A stretch of 64,000 nt of DNA from an uncultured Chloroflexia bacterium. GTDB taxonomy: Bacteria > Chloroflexota > Anaerolineae > JAAYZQ01. Below are positions 22,440-34,538 of this stretch, in pieces. Position 1 is the stretch's first letter. Every line of letters starts with the position of its first letter. Where the stretch lies: positions 1,600,001-1,664,000 of the forward strand of contig CAVOXA010000001.1 in assembly GCA_963700285.1 (NCBI GenBank), in the 5' to 3' direction. Below the pieces are notes generated by a model that worked only from the letters and a program-made list of their open reading frames with translations, did not search any database and was not told where the DNA came from. A program made the position numbers and the translations under genes.

Positions 22440-23591
22440 CTAGCCTGAGCCGGCAATCTCCCGAAGCGCGACCCAGCGGCCCTCCTCCGAGGAGCGTACC
22501 GCTGCCTCCATTGCCTTCTGCACGTGCAGGCCATCCGCCAGGCTGGGCGAAGGCTCCCGGCCCTCCGAGATAGCCTTCAGGAACTGGTATTGGCATTCGG
22601 CATGGCTCCGGACAAAACTGGGTGCCATGGACCAGTCTGGGCTCTTCTGGCCTTCGTACCGCTGTACCGTCTGCAACTTGCGAAAGCCGCGCATTCCGCC
22701 CATGGGCTTCTCGGTATCGCGCAGGTCATAGGCTTCCAGCCAACTGGGGTCGGCAGCGTTGAAGCGCAGGGCTCCCTTGGCGCCAAAGATCTCGATCTGC
22801 AGGTCGTTGGTCGCGCCGGTCCCCATCCGCGAGATCTCTACCAGGCCCAGGGCTCCCCCGGCCATGCGGACTTGCATCAGAGCGAGGTCGTCTACATCTA
22901 CGGGTGCTGTCTCTGCGGATCCGGCGGTGATGGGCCTCTCTTTGATCAAGGTTTCCAGGGATGCCTGTACTGCGCCAAACTCGCCCAGCAGGTAGTATAT
23001 GAGGTCCAGCACGTGGGCTCCGAGATCAAAGAGCGCCCCGCCCCCAGCCGTCTCTTTGCGCAGGCGCCAGGAGAGCGGCTTGTCAGGATTGACATAGCTG
23101 GAGCGATAATAGCGTCCGCGGAAGGAAAAGACACGTCCCAAAAAGCCCTCGTCCACCAGTTGCCTGGCGCGGGTAATGGCCGGGAAAAATCGGAAATTGA
23201 AGGTCATCTGGGTCCCTACGCCCGCTACCCTGGCAGCGGCGACCATGCGTTGACCTGCGGACACATCCATGGCCAGGGGCTTTTCGCAGTAAACGTGTTT
23301 GCCCGCCTGGGCGGCGGCGACGACAATCTCCTCATGTCTGTAGTTCGGCACGCAGCAATCGACGACGTCGACGTCGTCGCGGGCCAGCAGCTCGTGATAG
23401 TCTGCGGTCCATACGTCGCAGCCTATCTCCTGAGCCGCCTTTTCTGCCGTCTCTGGATGCGCGGTCGCCACGCCGGCGATCTTGATGGTGTTGGCGGGCA
23501 GACCATAGTGAAAGGGGATGGCGCGATAAGCCATCATGTGCACGCGTCCGATGCCGCCATAGCCAACCATGGCAATGCCGTGTTTCTTCAT
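22440..23591 (-). CDS. Gfo/Idh/MocA-family oxidoreductase
   Basis: GYGGIG, GKHVYCEKP, GGGALFDLGAH. Confidence 0.92.
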   Translation of the reverse strand: MKKHGIAMVGYGGIGRVHMMAYRAIPFHYGLPANTIKIAGVATAHPETAEKAAQEIGCDVWTADYHELLARDDVDVVDCCVPNYRHEEIVVAAAQAGKHVYCEKPLAMDVSAGQRMVAAARVAGVGTQMTFNFRFFPAITRARQLVDEGFLGRVFSFRGRYYRSSYVNPDKPLSWRLRKETAGGGALFDLGAHVLDLIYYLLGEFGAVQASLETLIKERPITAGSAETAPVDVDDLALMQVRMAGGALGLVEISRMGTGATNDLQIEIFGAKGALRFNAADPSWLEAYDLRDTEKPMGGMRGFRKLQTVQRYEGQKSPDWSMAPSFVRSHAECQYQFLKAISEGREPSPSLADGLHVQKAMEAAVRSSEEGRWVALREIAGSG

Positions 23592-23869
23592 CGTGATGGC
23601 TCCTTGGTGTCTCTGTGCTTCGACTGTGACTCGGGCAAGGCGCCTCACCCAACAGGCCCACAGCTAGCGGGATCGATTCTCCCTCGACATAACTGAAGGG
23701 GCGATTGGAGCTTTTGTGGTCTTGATCCAGTGCTGGTAGGGACCTAGTGTCTCCAGATGGGTTCAGCTTTTGACCGCATGTCTGACAGTCAATTGTACCG
23801 CAAGACGTAGCAAAATGCAAACATGGAAAAGACAGGCAGAACAAGAGCCACTAACTGCGGAAAGCCTTG

Positions 23870-23898
23870 TTGACATTTATGCAGAATGCTGCTATAAT
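23870..23898 (+). promoter_or_regulatory. Consensus sigma70 promoter
   Basis: Perfect TTGACA-17-TATAAT, about 175 bp upstream of the 24075 start. Confidence 0.75.
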
Positions 23899-24074
23899 CG
23901 GGTTAGTTAGCGGATACAAGGCATTAGGGCGTTCACGCGCATCGGTCTTGCATTCCTGAATGCGCCTCGTTCGCGGCGGTCCTGTCTCCCGGACCGTTAC
24001 GGTCTCTCCACTGAGTCATAAAAGTAGGCAGTGTCTATTGCCCATCCATACTTCAAAATCGGAGGAGGAGTGTC

Positions 24075-27000
24075 ATGAAAGCTCGACTGCGTGGACTGAT
24101 GGCGTTCGTTCTGATCATTGCTCTGCTGTTGACGATCATCCCCTCTGGGGCTGCGATCGGCGTGCCTCAGTCAGGCTCACCCATCGAACCTGCTGGAGGA
24201 CGAGTTACGCTGGCGGCGGGTGGGAATGAGGTCAGTCTGGTGGCGTCGGCTCTTGGTCCGCTGCCCCTGGGCTTTGAGCCCAACCGGGGGCAGTTCGACC
24301 CACGCGTGCGCTTTGCGGCGCGGCATGGAGGCGGTACATTTTTCTTCACCAGCCAGGGAATGGTGATGGTGTTCAACCGGCAAAAGGCCGGTGCGCCATC
24401 CATCATGGACCGTATCCAGGACTGGTGGAGGGGATTGCTTTTGGACGGTCCCGCGCAGCCGGAGCAGGGTATTGAGCAATTGGCCCTCATGGTGCGCTTT
24501 TCCGACGCTTTGCCCACGGCCCATCTGGAGGGAGTGGATCCCCTGCCGGGCACGGTGAACTATTTCATCGGCGACGATCCGGCTGCCTGGCGGGCTGGTG
24601 TGCCAACCTTTGGCAGCATTCTGTACCACAATCTGTACCCCCATATCGACCTGCGCTACCAAGCTTCCCAGGCGCAGTTGAAATACGAGTTTCTCCTGCA
24701 CCCTGGGGCAGAGGTGGACCGGATTGCCCTGGCTTACGATGGCGCAGAGCGCCTTCAGGTGAATGAAGCTGGGGACCTGGAGATCCATACCGCCTGGGGC
24801 ACGCTGATTGAGGACGCACCGGTGGCCTGGCAGGAGGGAAGTCAGGGAGAGCGGGAACCGGTACCCGTGCGCTTTGCCCTCGAGCCAGGTGGCCAGGTTG
24901 GCTTTCAGGTCGGTGACTACGACCACGCACGAGGGTTGGTGATAGATCCTGCTCTGGACTATAGGCTGGCCGACTCCGAACCCACGCTAAAGTATAGCAC
25001 CTTTGTGGGTGGTAGTGGCTCAGAGTCTGGCTACATGCTGGCGTTTGACGGCGCCGAAAACTCCATAGTCACAGGTCGGGTGGATTCCTCCAACTTTCCC
25101 ACCACCAGCGGCGCCTACGACCAGGGACACGGTGGCGACTTTGACGCTTTTGTCTTCAAACTGAGCGCCGATGGCAGCACGCTGTTGTGGAGTACCTATG
25201 TGGGCGGCAGTGGTCTGGACCGCGGCACAGGCCTGGCGCTGGATGGGTCGGGGAACGTATACGTCGTTGGCGATGCCAATTCGTCAAACTTTCCGACAAC
25301 CTCGGGAGCCTATGACCAGAACCACAACGGGGGTTCCGACATCTTTGTCTTCAAGTTGTCATCGAATGGTGGCTCGCTTGTGAATAGCACCTTCGTTGGA
25401 GGCAGCGGCGACGAGGAGACCTGGGGCATTGCTCTGGATAGTGCCGGCAAGCCTGTAGTTGCGGGTCAAAGCGACGCCTCCAACTTTCCCACCACCGGCG
25501 GGGGCTATGACCGTGGGCACAATGGAGGGATCGACGTCGTGGTCTTCAGACTGTCCTCCAACCTGGGATCCCTGGAGTTCAGCACCTACATCGGGGGAAG
25601 TCAGGATGACAAAAGCAAGGGCATTGTGCTGGATGGCAGCGACAGGGCCGTGATCACGGGCGGGACCCTGTCGTCGAACTTTCCAACGACCGCGGGCGCC
25701 TATGACCAGGGACATAACGGAGGTGAAGACATCTTTGTCCTGAAACTGGCTGCAAATGGTGACGCTTTGGTATATGGTACCTACCTCGGAGGGAGCGGCG
25801 ATGACGGAGGCTGGTCACCGATTCTCGATGCCCAAGGACAGCCCATCGTCACCGGGAATACCTACTCGTCGGATCTGCCCACGAAATCTGCCTACGACAG
25901 CGGCTACAACGGTGACGAGGATGCGCTGCTGGCAAAGCTGACCGCCGATGGCGGCGACCTGATCTTCTGCACCTATTTGGGTGGCTCCGATCGCGAGATC
26001 GGGCACAAGCCGGCTGTAGACGGCGCCGGGAACGTACTGCTCACCGGCCGAACGGCCTCTGCGGACTATCCTACCACCTCTGATGCCCTCGACCGCACGC
26101 ATGGCGGAGACAAGGATGTCTTTGTCGCCAGGTTCTCAGCCGACGGGAAGGAGCTACAGTACAGTACCTACATCGGTGGTAGTGGAGCGGAAACCGGTAG
26201 ATGGCTGAAGGTGGTTGATGAGACTGATGTGGTGATTGCCGGCTCGGCCGGATCCTCAACCTTCCCGACCACCAGCGGGGCCTATGACACCGGATACAAC
26301 GGGGACTTGGACGTCTTTGTGTTGCGCTTCAAGGATCTGGCTGAAACGGGTTCAACCGAACCGGGTGAGAATGTAACAGACCCGAGCGGCAAGGTCACGC
26401 TGGTGCTCGAGGGCAAGCAGGTCACGATGCGCCCCTTCGATCCCCAGGTGCCTGGCCTCCCCCTCAAAGGCGTCAAGGTCACAGCAGATGAATACAAGTC
26501 TCACGTACTAGTCCATTGGCAGGAAAACTGTGAGGAAAGCTCGCGTGGGCTCTTTAGGCCAGTGGTGGAATATCTCAAGAAACCGCTCCTGCGCAACACC
26601 TATTCGAAGGCATTGGCGGGACTGGACCGGGTGCCCTACGTGGGTCTTGGACACCTGGCCTTTCTGCCCTCGATCCTGCGTGGTAGCAAGATTTTGCCAC
26701 TACCCTCGGGCTCAAAGTCTGACTGGTATGTGCCCGGTACTGAGATCAGCCCCAACCTGCTGGCCGAATATGGGGTCCCTGTGAAGTTACTGTCGGGTCG
26801 TGACTTTGCCGAGTATATGAGCAAGGAGCATGCCGGTGTCAAATCGGTCCTGCTTTTCCACGACAAGTCTGTCCCCTCGATTCTGGATGCGGACCTGAGG
26901 ATCTTTCAGGGTTCTGACAAGAATGTGCTTGCCGTTCTGGCCAGCCCCAAAGGGCAGACCTCCAAGGGTTCTGACCTGGTCGCCAGCAAGTTCCTGTCCT

Positions 27001-28106
27001 TGAATGCCTGCCAGGATATGGATCGCGAGGGGTTTGACAAGTTGTTGAATGCGGCGAAAGAAATCGTGGATGAAGACATTGATGACTGGGGTCAGAAATG
27101 CGTCCAAGTGCCCGACGTGCAGGGCAAAAGCTTGGATGATGCCAAGAGGCTCCTGACGCAGCAGGGGTTCTCTGTCAGTGCAAAGAAGGACTACTCGTCT
27201 TCTCCCAAGGATGAGGTCCTTGGCCAGGACGTGGGGCCCGAGAGCGCTTCCAAGTGCGCCGTGATCGGCCGCCCCATCGAGTTGGAGGTAAGCCTTGGTG
27301 CCGAGCCCAAAGAGTTCAAGATGTACGAGGCGCGTGTCAACGACGAGAACGGGAAGGCCAAGCAGGTCTTCGAAGCATGCGAGCCCGTCGAGCTGTGGAT
27401 AAATGCCAAGAACAGCACGGGAAGCCCGCTTGCCGTTAGCTACGATTGGGAGACCACTGCCCCCAATGGACAGGTGGTGGATTGGTTGTCCAAAGAGGAT
27501 GACAAATACACGGAACCTACGGGCCAGGTGCTCAGCCACAAGATCAGTAGCTGGATCCCTGCCCTGAGCGGCAAGTATACCTTTGTTGGTTCGGCTACCT
27601 TTCAGGAGAATGGAAGCAAGACCACGAAAGAAGATCAGGTGACTTTTGAGGTCGCTCCTTTCCCACCACACAACATACGGCTGCATGAAGCACTGACCTG
27701 CAAGCACGTCACGGATGACGGTGATCATTCCGGCGACACAAGTAACTTCAATACGAATGACGGGATCGTGTGGGCATGGAGCCACTGGGCAGAGGCCTCG
27801 GGAAAGCATACGGTGGCGTGGAAATGGTACCAACCGGATGGCTCGTTGTACCTCGCTAGCGATCTCGGCTGGGACGATATTTCCTGTGGCTACCTGACCT
27901 GGGGCGGGATCTATATCCGTGGCAATCAGGCAGAGGACCACCCGGGCAGATGGCGCGTGGATATCTTCATGGATGGGAAAAAGGCCACATCACTCAACTT
28001 CAACATCAACCGGGCTGCCTCCAGCAGCGAGAAGCAGTCACCGGTGATAGGTGAGAAGGGTTCCGCTGGTGGGGTGGCCCCAACCCTAGATTGGGTTCTT
28101 CCTTGA
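24075..28106 (+). CDS. Secreted surface protein with SBBP beta-propeller repeats, a PASTA domain and C-terminal beta-sandwich domains
   Basis: Signal peptide; LGFEPNRGQ..VNYFIG..IDP N-domain; seven STxxGGS..DxFVxKL repeats; VPDVQGKSLDDAKRLLTQQGF. Confidence 0.85.
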   Translation: MKARLRGLMAFVLIIALLLTIIPSGAAIGVPQSGSPIEPAGGRVTLAAGGNEVSLVASALGPLPLGFEPNRGQFDPRVRFAARHGGGTFFFTSQGMVMVFNRQKAGAPSIMDRIQDWWRGLLLDGPAQPEQGIEQLALMVRFSDALPTAHLEGVDPLPGTVNYFIGDDPAAWRAGVPTFGSILYHNLYPHIDLRYQASQAQLKYEFLLHPGAEVDRIALAYDGAERLQVNEAGDLEIHTAWGTLIEDAPVAWQEGSQGEREPVPVRFALEPGGQVGFQVGDYDHARGLVIDPALDYRLADSEPTLKYSTFVGGSGSESGYMLAFDGAENSIVTGRVDSSNFPTTSGAYDQGHGGDFDAFVFKLSADGSTLLWSTYVGGSGLDRGTGLALDGSGNVYVVGDANSSNFPTTSGAYDQNHNGGSDIFVFKLSSNGGSLVNSTFVGGSGDEETWGIALDSAGKPVVAGQSDASNFPTTGGGYDRGHNGGIDVVVFRLSSNLGSLEFSTYIGGSQDDKSKGIVLDGSDRAVITGGTLSSNFPTTAGAYDQGHNGGEDIFVLKLAANGDALVYGTYLGGSGDDGGWSPILDAQGQPIVTGNTYSSDLPTKSAYDSGYNGDEDALLAKLTADGGDLIFCTYLGGSDREIGHKPAVDGAGNVLLTGRTASADYPTTSDALDRTHGGDKDVFVARFSADGKELQYSTYIGGSGAETGRWLKVVDETDVVIAGSAGSSTFPTTSGAYDTGYNGDLDVFVLRFKDLAETGSTEPGENVTDPSGKVTLVLEGKQVTMRPFDPQVPGLPLKGVKVTADEYKSHVLVHWQENCEESSRGLFRPVVEYLKKPLLRNTYSKALAGLDRVPYVGLGHLAFLPSILRGSKILPLPSGSKSDWYVPGTEISPNLLAEYGVPVKLLSGRDFAEYMSKEHAGVKSVLLFHDKSVPSILDADLRIFQGSDKNVLAVLASPKGQTSKGSDLVASKFLSLNACQDMDREGFDKLLNAAKEIVDEDIDDWGQKCVQVPDVQGKSLDDAKRLLTQQGFSVSAKKDYSSSPKDEVLGQDVGPESASKCAVIGRPIELEVSLGAEPKEFKMYEARVNDENGKAKQVFEACEPVELWINAKNSTGSPLAVSYDWETTAPNGQVVDWLSKEDDKYTEPTGQVLSHKISSWIPALSGKYTFVGSATFQENGSKTTKEDQVTFEVAPFPPHNIRLHEALTCKHVTDDGDHSGDTSNFNTNDGIVWAWSHWAEASGKHTVAWKWYQPDGSLYLASDLGWDDISCGYLTWGGIYIRGNQAEDHPGRWRVDIFMDGKKATSLNFNINRAASSSEKQSPVIGEKGSAGGVAPTLDWVLP

Positions 28107-28210
28107 TCCAGGAGTGGCAGCTCCACCGCGGCCATAGTTGACAGCGCGACACCGCCGGCGAACGTGCCTGGGCATCGCACCACAGCCAGCGAATCACTGA
28201 AGGCATCGAG

Positions 28211-28240
28211 AGGGGACAGGAGAGGATCCTGTCCCCTTTT
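28211..28240 (+). terminator. Intrinsic terminator
   Basis: AGGGGACAGGA/TCCTGTCCCCT stem followed by a T run, between convergent genes. Confidence 0.7.
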
Positions 28241-28297
28241 GCTGTTGCCACTTGCGACTGGACTATCGGAGGATCTGGCTGAAGGTACAGAACGTCG

Positions 28298-29497
28298 TCA
28301 GGCGTCGTACAGCGGACTCATCCTGCGCAGCTTCTCGATGATGCCGGGCAGAATGTCCAGCACGTAGTCAACATCCTCGTCGGTATTCTCCTTGCCCAGG
28401 GTCAGGCGCAGGGAGCCGTGGGCTATCTCGTGCGGGAAGCCCATGGCGATGAGCACGTGCGATGGCTCCAGCGAGCCGCTGGTGCAGGCCGAGCCGCTGC
28501 TGGCAGCCACACCCATCAGGTCCAGGTTGAGCAGGATCGATTCACCCTCGACGTACTTGAACAGAAAGCTGGCGCTGTTGGGCAAACGCCGGGTGGGGTG
28601 GCCGGACAACTGGCAGTCGGGAATGCGCGCCAGCACACCGGCGACAAGCTTGTCGCGCAGCCGCGCGATGCGAGCATTGGCTGTTTCCGCTTCCTCGCAA
28701 GCCAGGCGCAGGGCGGTGGCCAGGCCCACGATGTAGGGCACGTTCTCCGTGCCGGCCCGCCGGTTGTGCTCGTGAGCCCCGCCCGTCTGCGCTGGCACCA
28801 GGGGAACTCCCCTCCGGGCATAGAGCACACCGACGCCCTTGGGGCCGTAGAACTTGTGCGCTGACAGAGACATCAGGTCCACGTTCAGGGCCTTGACGTC
28901 CAGGCCGAGTGTGCCTCCGGCCTGGACGGCGTCGGTGTGGAATGGAATTTTGTGAGCACGGGCGATCTCACCGATCTCAGCAATGGGCTCGATGGTGCCC
29001 ACTTCGTTGTTGGCGTACATGATGCTGATCAGGGCCGTGTCAGCGCGGATGGCTTGCTGGACGTCGGCCGGATCGACCAGGCCATGATGATCCACCGGAA
29101 CGTAGGTCACCTCAAAGCCAAAGTGTTTCTCCAACTGCTCCAGCGTGTGACCAATGGCGTGGTGCTCGATGGGCGAGGTGATGATGTGGTTCTTTTTGGT
29201 ACGGCGACGTCGCTCAAAGGCCACGCCGCGCAGCGCCAGATTGTCGCTCTCGGTGCCGCAACTGGTAAAGATCACCTCTCGGGGGCTGCAGTTCAGGATG
29301 CCGGCCACGGTCTGGCGCGCCTCGTCCATGGCGTGGTTGGCCTCGCGCCCCAGGGCATAGATGCTGGAAGCGTTGCCATACTTCTCGGTCCAGAAGGGCA
29401 GCATGGCCTCCACTACCCGTGGATCGACGGCGGTTGTGGCAGCATGGTCCAGGTAAACAGTAGGTCTCGGTCGTTGCTCCATGGTCTCCTCAGTCAC
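28298..29497 (-). CDS. iscS: Cysteine desulfurase (IscS/NifS, group I)
   Basis: YLDHAATT, SAHKFYGPKG, SSGSACTSG. Confidence 0.93.
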   Translation of the reverse strand: MTEETMEQRPRPTVYLDHAATTAVDPRVVEAMLPFWTEKYGNASSIYALGREANHAMDEARQTVAGILNCSPREVIFTSCGTESDNLALRGVAFERRRRTKKNHIITSPIEHHAIGHTLEQLEKHFGFEVTYVPVDHHGLVDPADVQQAIRADTALISIMYANNEVGTIEPIAEIGEIARAHKIPFHTDAVQAGGTLGLDVKALNVDLMSLSAHKFYGPKGVGVLYARRGVPLVPAQTGGAHEHNRRAGTENVPYIVGLATALRLACEEAETANARIARLRDKLVAGVLARIPDCQLSGHPTRRLPNSASFLFKYVEGESILLNLDLMGVAASSGSACTSGSLEPSHVLIAMGFPHEIAHGSLRLTLGKENTDEDVDYVLDILPGIIEKLRRMSPLYDA

Positions 29498-29518
29498 TTC
29501 ATTGTGTTCTTCTATTGC

Positions 29519-30466
29519 TCAGGCAAACAGGCCCGTACTGAGATATCGCTCCCCGCCGTCCGGCAGCAGGACGACGACGACCTTGCCCTCGCCCAGGCGC
29601 TGTGCCACCTGGATCGCAGCCCAGGTAGCCGCACCCGAAGAGATCCCGGCAAGGATGCCCTCCTGGAGGGCCAGCAGACGGGCCATCGCCCCGGCGTCTT
29701 TATCCTGAACCTGTATCACCTCGTCGATGAGCGCTGTGTTCAGCACGTCGGGGACAAAGCCAGCACCGATGCCTTGGATCTTGTGCTTGCCCGGCGCGCC
29801 GCCCGATAGTACGGGCGACCCCGCTGGCTCTACGGCCACAATCTGGACACCAGGCAAGGCGTCCTTAAGGATCTCGCCCACGCCAGTGATGGTGCCGCCA
29901 GTTCCGACGCCGCCCACAAAGGCATCCAGGTGCTCGACCTGGCTCAGAATCTCGGCGGCAGTGGTGCGACGGTGTACCTCTGGATTGGCCGGGTTGGCGA
30001 ACTGGAGGGGCATAAAGTAGCCATATTCCTGGACTAGTTCCTCTGCTTTGGCGATGGCCCCTTTCATGCCCTGCTCGCCAGGCGTCACCACCAACTCGGC
30101 GCCGTAAGCTGCCAGCAAAGCCCTGCGCTCAGCCGACATCGTATCGGGCATGGTCAAGACGAGGCGGTAACCTTTGACCGCCGCCGTCATGGCCAGGCCA
30201 ATCCCGGTGTTCCCGCTCGTCGCCTCGACAATGGTTCCCCCGGGTGAGAGCTCGCCCGACTCTTCGGCAGCCTCGATCATGGACAGGGCGATGCGGTCTT
30301 TGACGCTGCCCCCTGGGTTGAATGCCTCCAGCTTGGCCCACACCAGCGCGGACCCGGCCGGTGGCAGGCGGTGCAGTCGCACCATCGGGGTGTTCCCGAC
30401 CAGGTCCAGGATTGTGTTCGCCTTCTGTGGGGCCACTTTCTGTGCCTTCGCAGTTTGATCTTTCAT
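29519..30466 (-). CDS. cysK: Cysteine synthase A
   Basis: [38 protein letters not shown]. Confidence 0.95.
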   Translation of the reverse strand: MKDQTAKAQKVAPQKANTILDLVGNTPMVRLHRLPPAGSALVWAKLEAFNPGGSVKDRIALSMIEAAEESGELSPGGTIVEATSGNTGIGLAMTAAVKGYRLVLTMPDTMSAERRALLAAYGAELVVTPGEQGMKGAIAKAEELVQEYGYFMPLQFANPANPEVHRRTTAAEILSQVEHLDAFVGGVGTGGTITGVGEILKDALPGVQIVAVEPAGSPVLSGGAPGKHKIQGIGAGFVPDVLNTALIDEVIQVQDKDAGAMARLLALQEGILAGISSGAATWAAIQVAQRLGEGKVVVVLLPDGGERYLSTGLFA

Positions 30467-31273
30467 ATTCTCTGTCTCTCCTCTTCTGCCGCCAGCCAGT
30501 AGCAGGCAACCGGTACCTCTTCGTCCCAGGCAACTGGGGTGATCTTGGTTTGCTGCCGGACTTGGTTCTCCAACAATTCAACCCGGTCCACCAGGCATTT
30601 CAGGGTCTCTACCACCGGGTCGGGCAGGCTGGCGTGATCCAGGATGTCCACTGGCGACTGTTGGAGTCGCTGGCCATTGATACGGGTGATGCGCCCCGGC
30701 ACTCCGATGACCGTCGCCCCAGGAGGCACCGGGGAGATCGACCACAGATCCGGAGCCAACTTTGGCCCCGTCCCCCACCGCAATGTTGCCCAGGACCACA
30801 GAGTGGGAGCCCAGGACGACACCGTTGCCTATCGTGGGATGGCGCTTTGTGCGTTCTGAAGAGGTGCCTCCCAAGATGACACCGGTGTACATGAGCACGT
30901 CATGGCCAATCTCGGTCGTCTCACCAATAACGACTCCTGCGCCGTGGTCAATGAAGAAACGGCGTCCAATGCGCGCCCCGGGATGGATCTCGATACCGGT
31001 GAAGAAGCGGTTGAAATGGGATACAAGACGCGCCACGGTCAGATGGTTTCGCCGCCAGAGCCCATGGGCCAGCCGGTGTAGCCAACTGGCGTGCAGGCCA
31101 GGATAGCAGGTCAGCACCTCAAGGAGGCTGCGGGCTGCCGGATCGTTGGCATATATCGTCCGTATGTCCTCGCGCAGGAGATTGCGCCAACGGTTTGGCC
31201 CTCCGCGACGCTCCCGGGCAGTGTACTTGTCATCACCCTTGTCCAAGCGTTGCATAGTCGACTCGCTCACCAC
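30463..31273 (-). CDS. cysE: Serine O-acetyltransferase (frameshift near 30735)
   Basis: [30 protein letters not shown]; C-terminus in ORF 30463-30822. Confidence 0.93.
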
Positions 31274-31697
31274 TTTTCCACTCTTTCATCTCAGATTGCT
31301 GCAGATCGGCCAAGGTGATCGAATCCAGGGTCTCTATCAATCGATCACGGACCTGTTCCCAGATGCCACGCGTGCTGCAGCCATCTTCATGGGAACAGGG
31401 CTTGCACTTTTGCTCGACCATACATTGGACGGGCAGGATTGAACCTTCCAAGGCACGGATTACATCGCCGGCTGTCGTCGATTGGGGATCGCGTACCAGG
31501 ACATAGCCACCCTGAGCCCCTCGCTTGCTATGTAGGAGGCCGGCGCGCCGCAACTCGATGGCGATCTGTTCCAGATAGGCCTGGGAGATGCCCTGGGAGC
31601 GCGCCACCTCGGCCAGCGACAGGGGCCCCCGCCCAAAGTGGCGCGCGAACTCGCTCATGGCGCGCAACCCATACAGTTCTTTTGCCGATACTCGCAC
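31233..31697 (-). CDS. Rrf2-family regulator (IscR/CymR-like) with three Cys
   Basis: [25 protein letters not shown]-x5-C..C..C. Confidence 0.92.
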   Translation of the reverse strand: MRVSAKELYGLRAMSEFARHFGRGPLSLAEVARSQGISQAYLEQIAIELRRAGLLHSKRGAQGGYVLVRDPQSTTAGDVIRALEGSILPVQCMVEQKCKPCSHEDGCSTRGIWEQVRDRLIETLDSITLADLQQSEMKEWKSGERVDYATLGQG

Positions 31698-31720
31698 TGT
31701 GGTCCAGTTCCTCTATGCCT

Positions 31721-31774
31721 TAATCCCTACTAAACTGTCGGGATTATTCTAGCACAGTAGCGGTTCGCTGTCAA
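31721..31774 (-). promoter_or_regulatory. Promoter with overlapping palindromic Rrf2 operator
   Basis: TTGACA-17-TAGAAT (31774-31746) directly followed by TAATCCCGACAGTTTAGTAGGGATTA. Confidence 0.7.
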
Positions 31775-31900
31775 GTGTGGGATGGTCGCACTGCTGTGCA
31801 ATAGGCGTGAAAAGGGGCCTGCTTTGCGCTTTCGTCAGTTTTGCGGTATTATCACGGGACTGTGTGTGATGATCCTTGAGGTTTGCTTCCGGAGGTGACG

Positions 31901-32986
31901 ATGGCCAGACCTTGTCCTGTACTGTACATAACGTCGATGGAGACCTTTTCGGGCAAGAGTGCCCTCTGTGTGGGCGTCGCCAAGCGATTGGAACGTGACG
32001 GCTTTCGTATCGGCTACATGAAGCCGGTCAGTTCGGGGATGCGTCTCTCAGATGGCGAGATCGATGAGGACGCCGAGTTTCTGAAGCACACATTTGTGCT
32101 CCCGGACTCGCTGGAAGACATGGCTCCTGTGGGCATCGCGCGGCGTACCGTGGAGGCGATACTCCGGCAGGAAGAGAGCGAGGACTTTGCCGCTACGCTG
32201 GCCTCTGCGTTTGGGCGGATCGCTCAAGGGCGGGACGTTGTGATCCTGGAAGGTGGCAGTAATCTGCGCGAGGGCTACCTGATCGACCTGCCTGCAGTTC
32301 AGGTTGCCATGATGCTGGCTGCCCGGGTGTTGGTCGTCGTCAAGTACAACGACGAGATGCAAGTGTTGGACGATACGCTGACGGCGCGGGAGCGGCTGGG
32401 CGAATCGTTCCTGGGCGTAGTATTCAACGCCATCCCCCGCCAGCAGATGCCTTTCATCCAGGAATTGGCCAGACCCGCGTTGGAGGAGCGAGGGGTGCCC
32501 GTGCTGGCCGTGCTTCCCCAGGAGCGCCTGCTGCAGTCAGTCAGCGTGGGCGACCTGGTCGAGTTTCTCTCCGGAACTATTCTCTGCTGTGAGGACAAGA
32601 CCCATGAGCTGGTTGAGCATCTCATGGTAGGCGCCATGAGCGTCGACTCGGCCCTATCCTACTTTCGCCGCAAGCCCAACAAGGCGGTGATCACCGGAGG
32701 TGACCGGCCCGACATCCAGTTGGCGGCGCTGGAGACCAGTACCAAGTGCCTGATACTCACCGGCAACCTGCGCCCGAGTCCTATCATTCTTGGCCGGGCT
32801 GAAGAGGTGGGCGTGCCCATGATCTTGGTGCGACAGGATACGCTGACCGCAGTCGAGGTGATCGAGCGCTTTTTTGGAAAAACGCGATTCCACCTGGAAA
32901 AGAAGGTCCAGCGTTTTGAAGAGATGCTGGAGGACCGCTTTGATTTTGAGCGGCTATATGGGCTACTGGAGCTGGAAGAGAACTAG
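31901..32986 (+). CDS. Phosphotransacetylase N-terminal-like protein (BioD-like + DRTGG)
   Basis: SGKSALC, GYMKPV, VGAM, ITGGDRPDIQLAAL. Confidence 0.88.
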   Translation: MARPCPVLYITSMETFSGKSALCVGVAKRLERDGFRIGYMKPVSSGMRLSDGEIDEDAEFLKHTFVLPDSLEDMAPVGIARRTVEAILRQEESEDFAATLASAFGRIAQGRDVVILEGGSNLREGYLIDLPAVQVAMMLAARVLVVVKYNDEMQVLDDTLTARERLGESFLGVVFNAIPRQQMPFIQELARPALEERGVPVLAVLPQERLLQSVSVGDLVEFLSGTILCCEDKTHELVEHLMVGAMSVDSALSYFRRKPNKAVITGGDRPDIQLAALETSTKCLILTGNLRPSPIILGRAEEVGVPMILVRQDTLTAVEVIERFFGKTRFHLEKKVQRFEEMLEDRFDFERLYGLLELEEN

Positions 32987-33053
32987 CCTGTGTGTTGAAC
33001 AAGGGGCGGCGAAGCCTGATGGGCTCCCGCAATCTCTCAGGAAAAGGCAATAA

Positions 33054-34358
<1,305 letters not shown>

Positions 34359-34538
34359 AGATAGTCGGGTCTCCAAGGGCGGACCGACTTTCCAGGGCAA
34401 TGTCGGCCCGCCGTGCAACCTGAATTGGGAGTCCCTCGCTTGCTCGGGCAGGCTGGGGGCTCCCTGGCTATTGATCTAGGAATGTGCTATCAGCGTCCTG
34501 GAGCGTTCCAGGGCAGGACGTTGTCGTGATCTCACCCC

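Noticed and set aside
23900-24070. Riboswitch in the SBBP gene leader (also checked 17825-17980 and 49495-49670)
   Set aside because: Hairpins are present but no known riboswitch consensus is recognisable by eye; an Rfam scan would be needed
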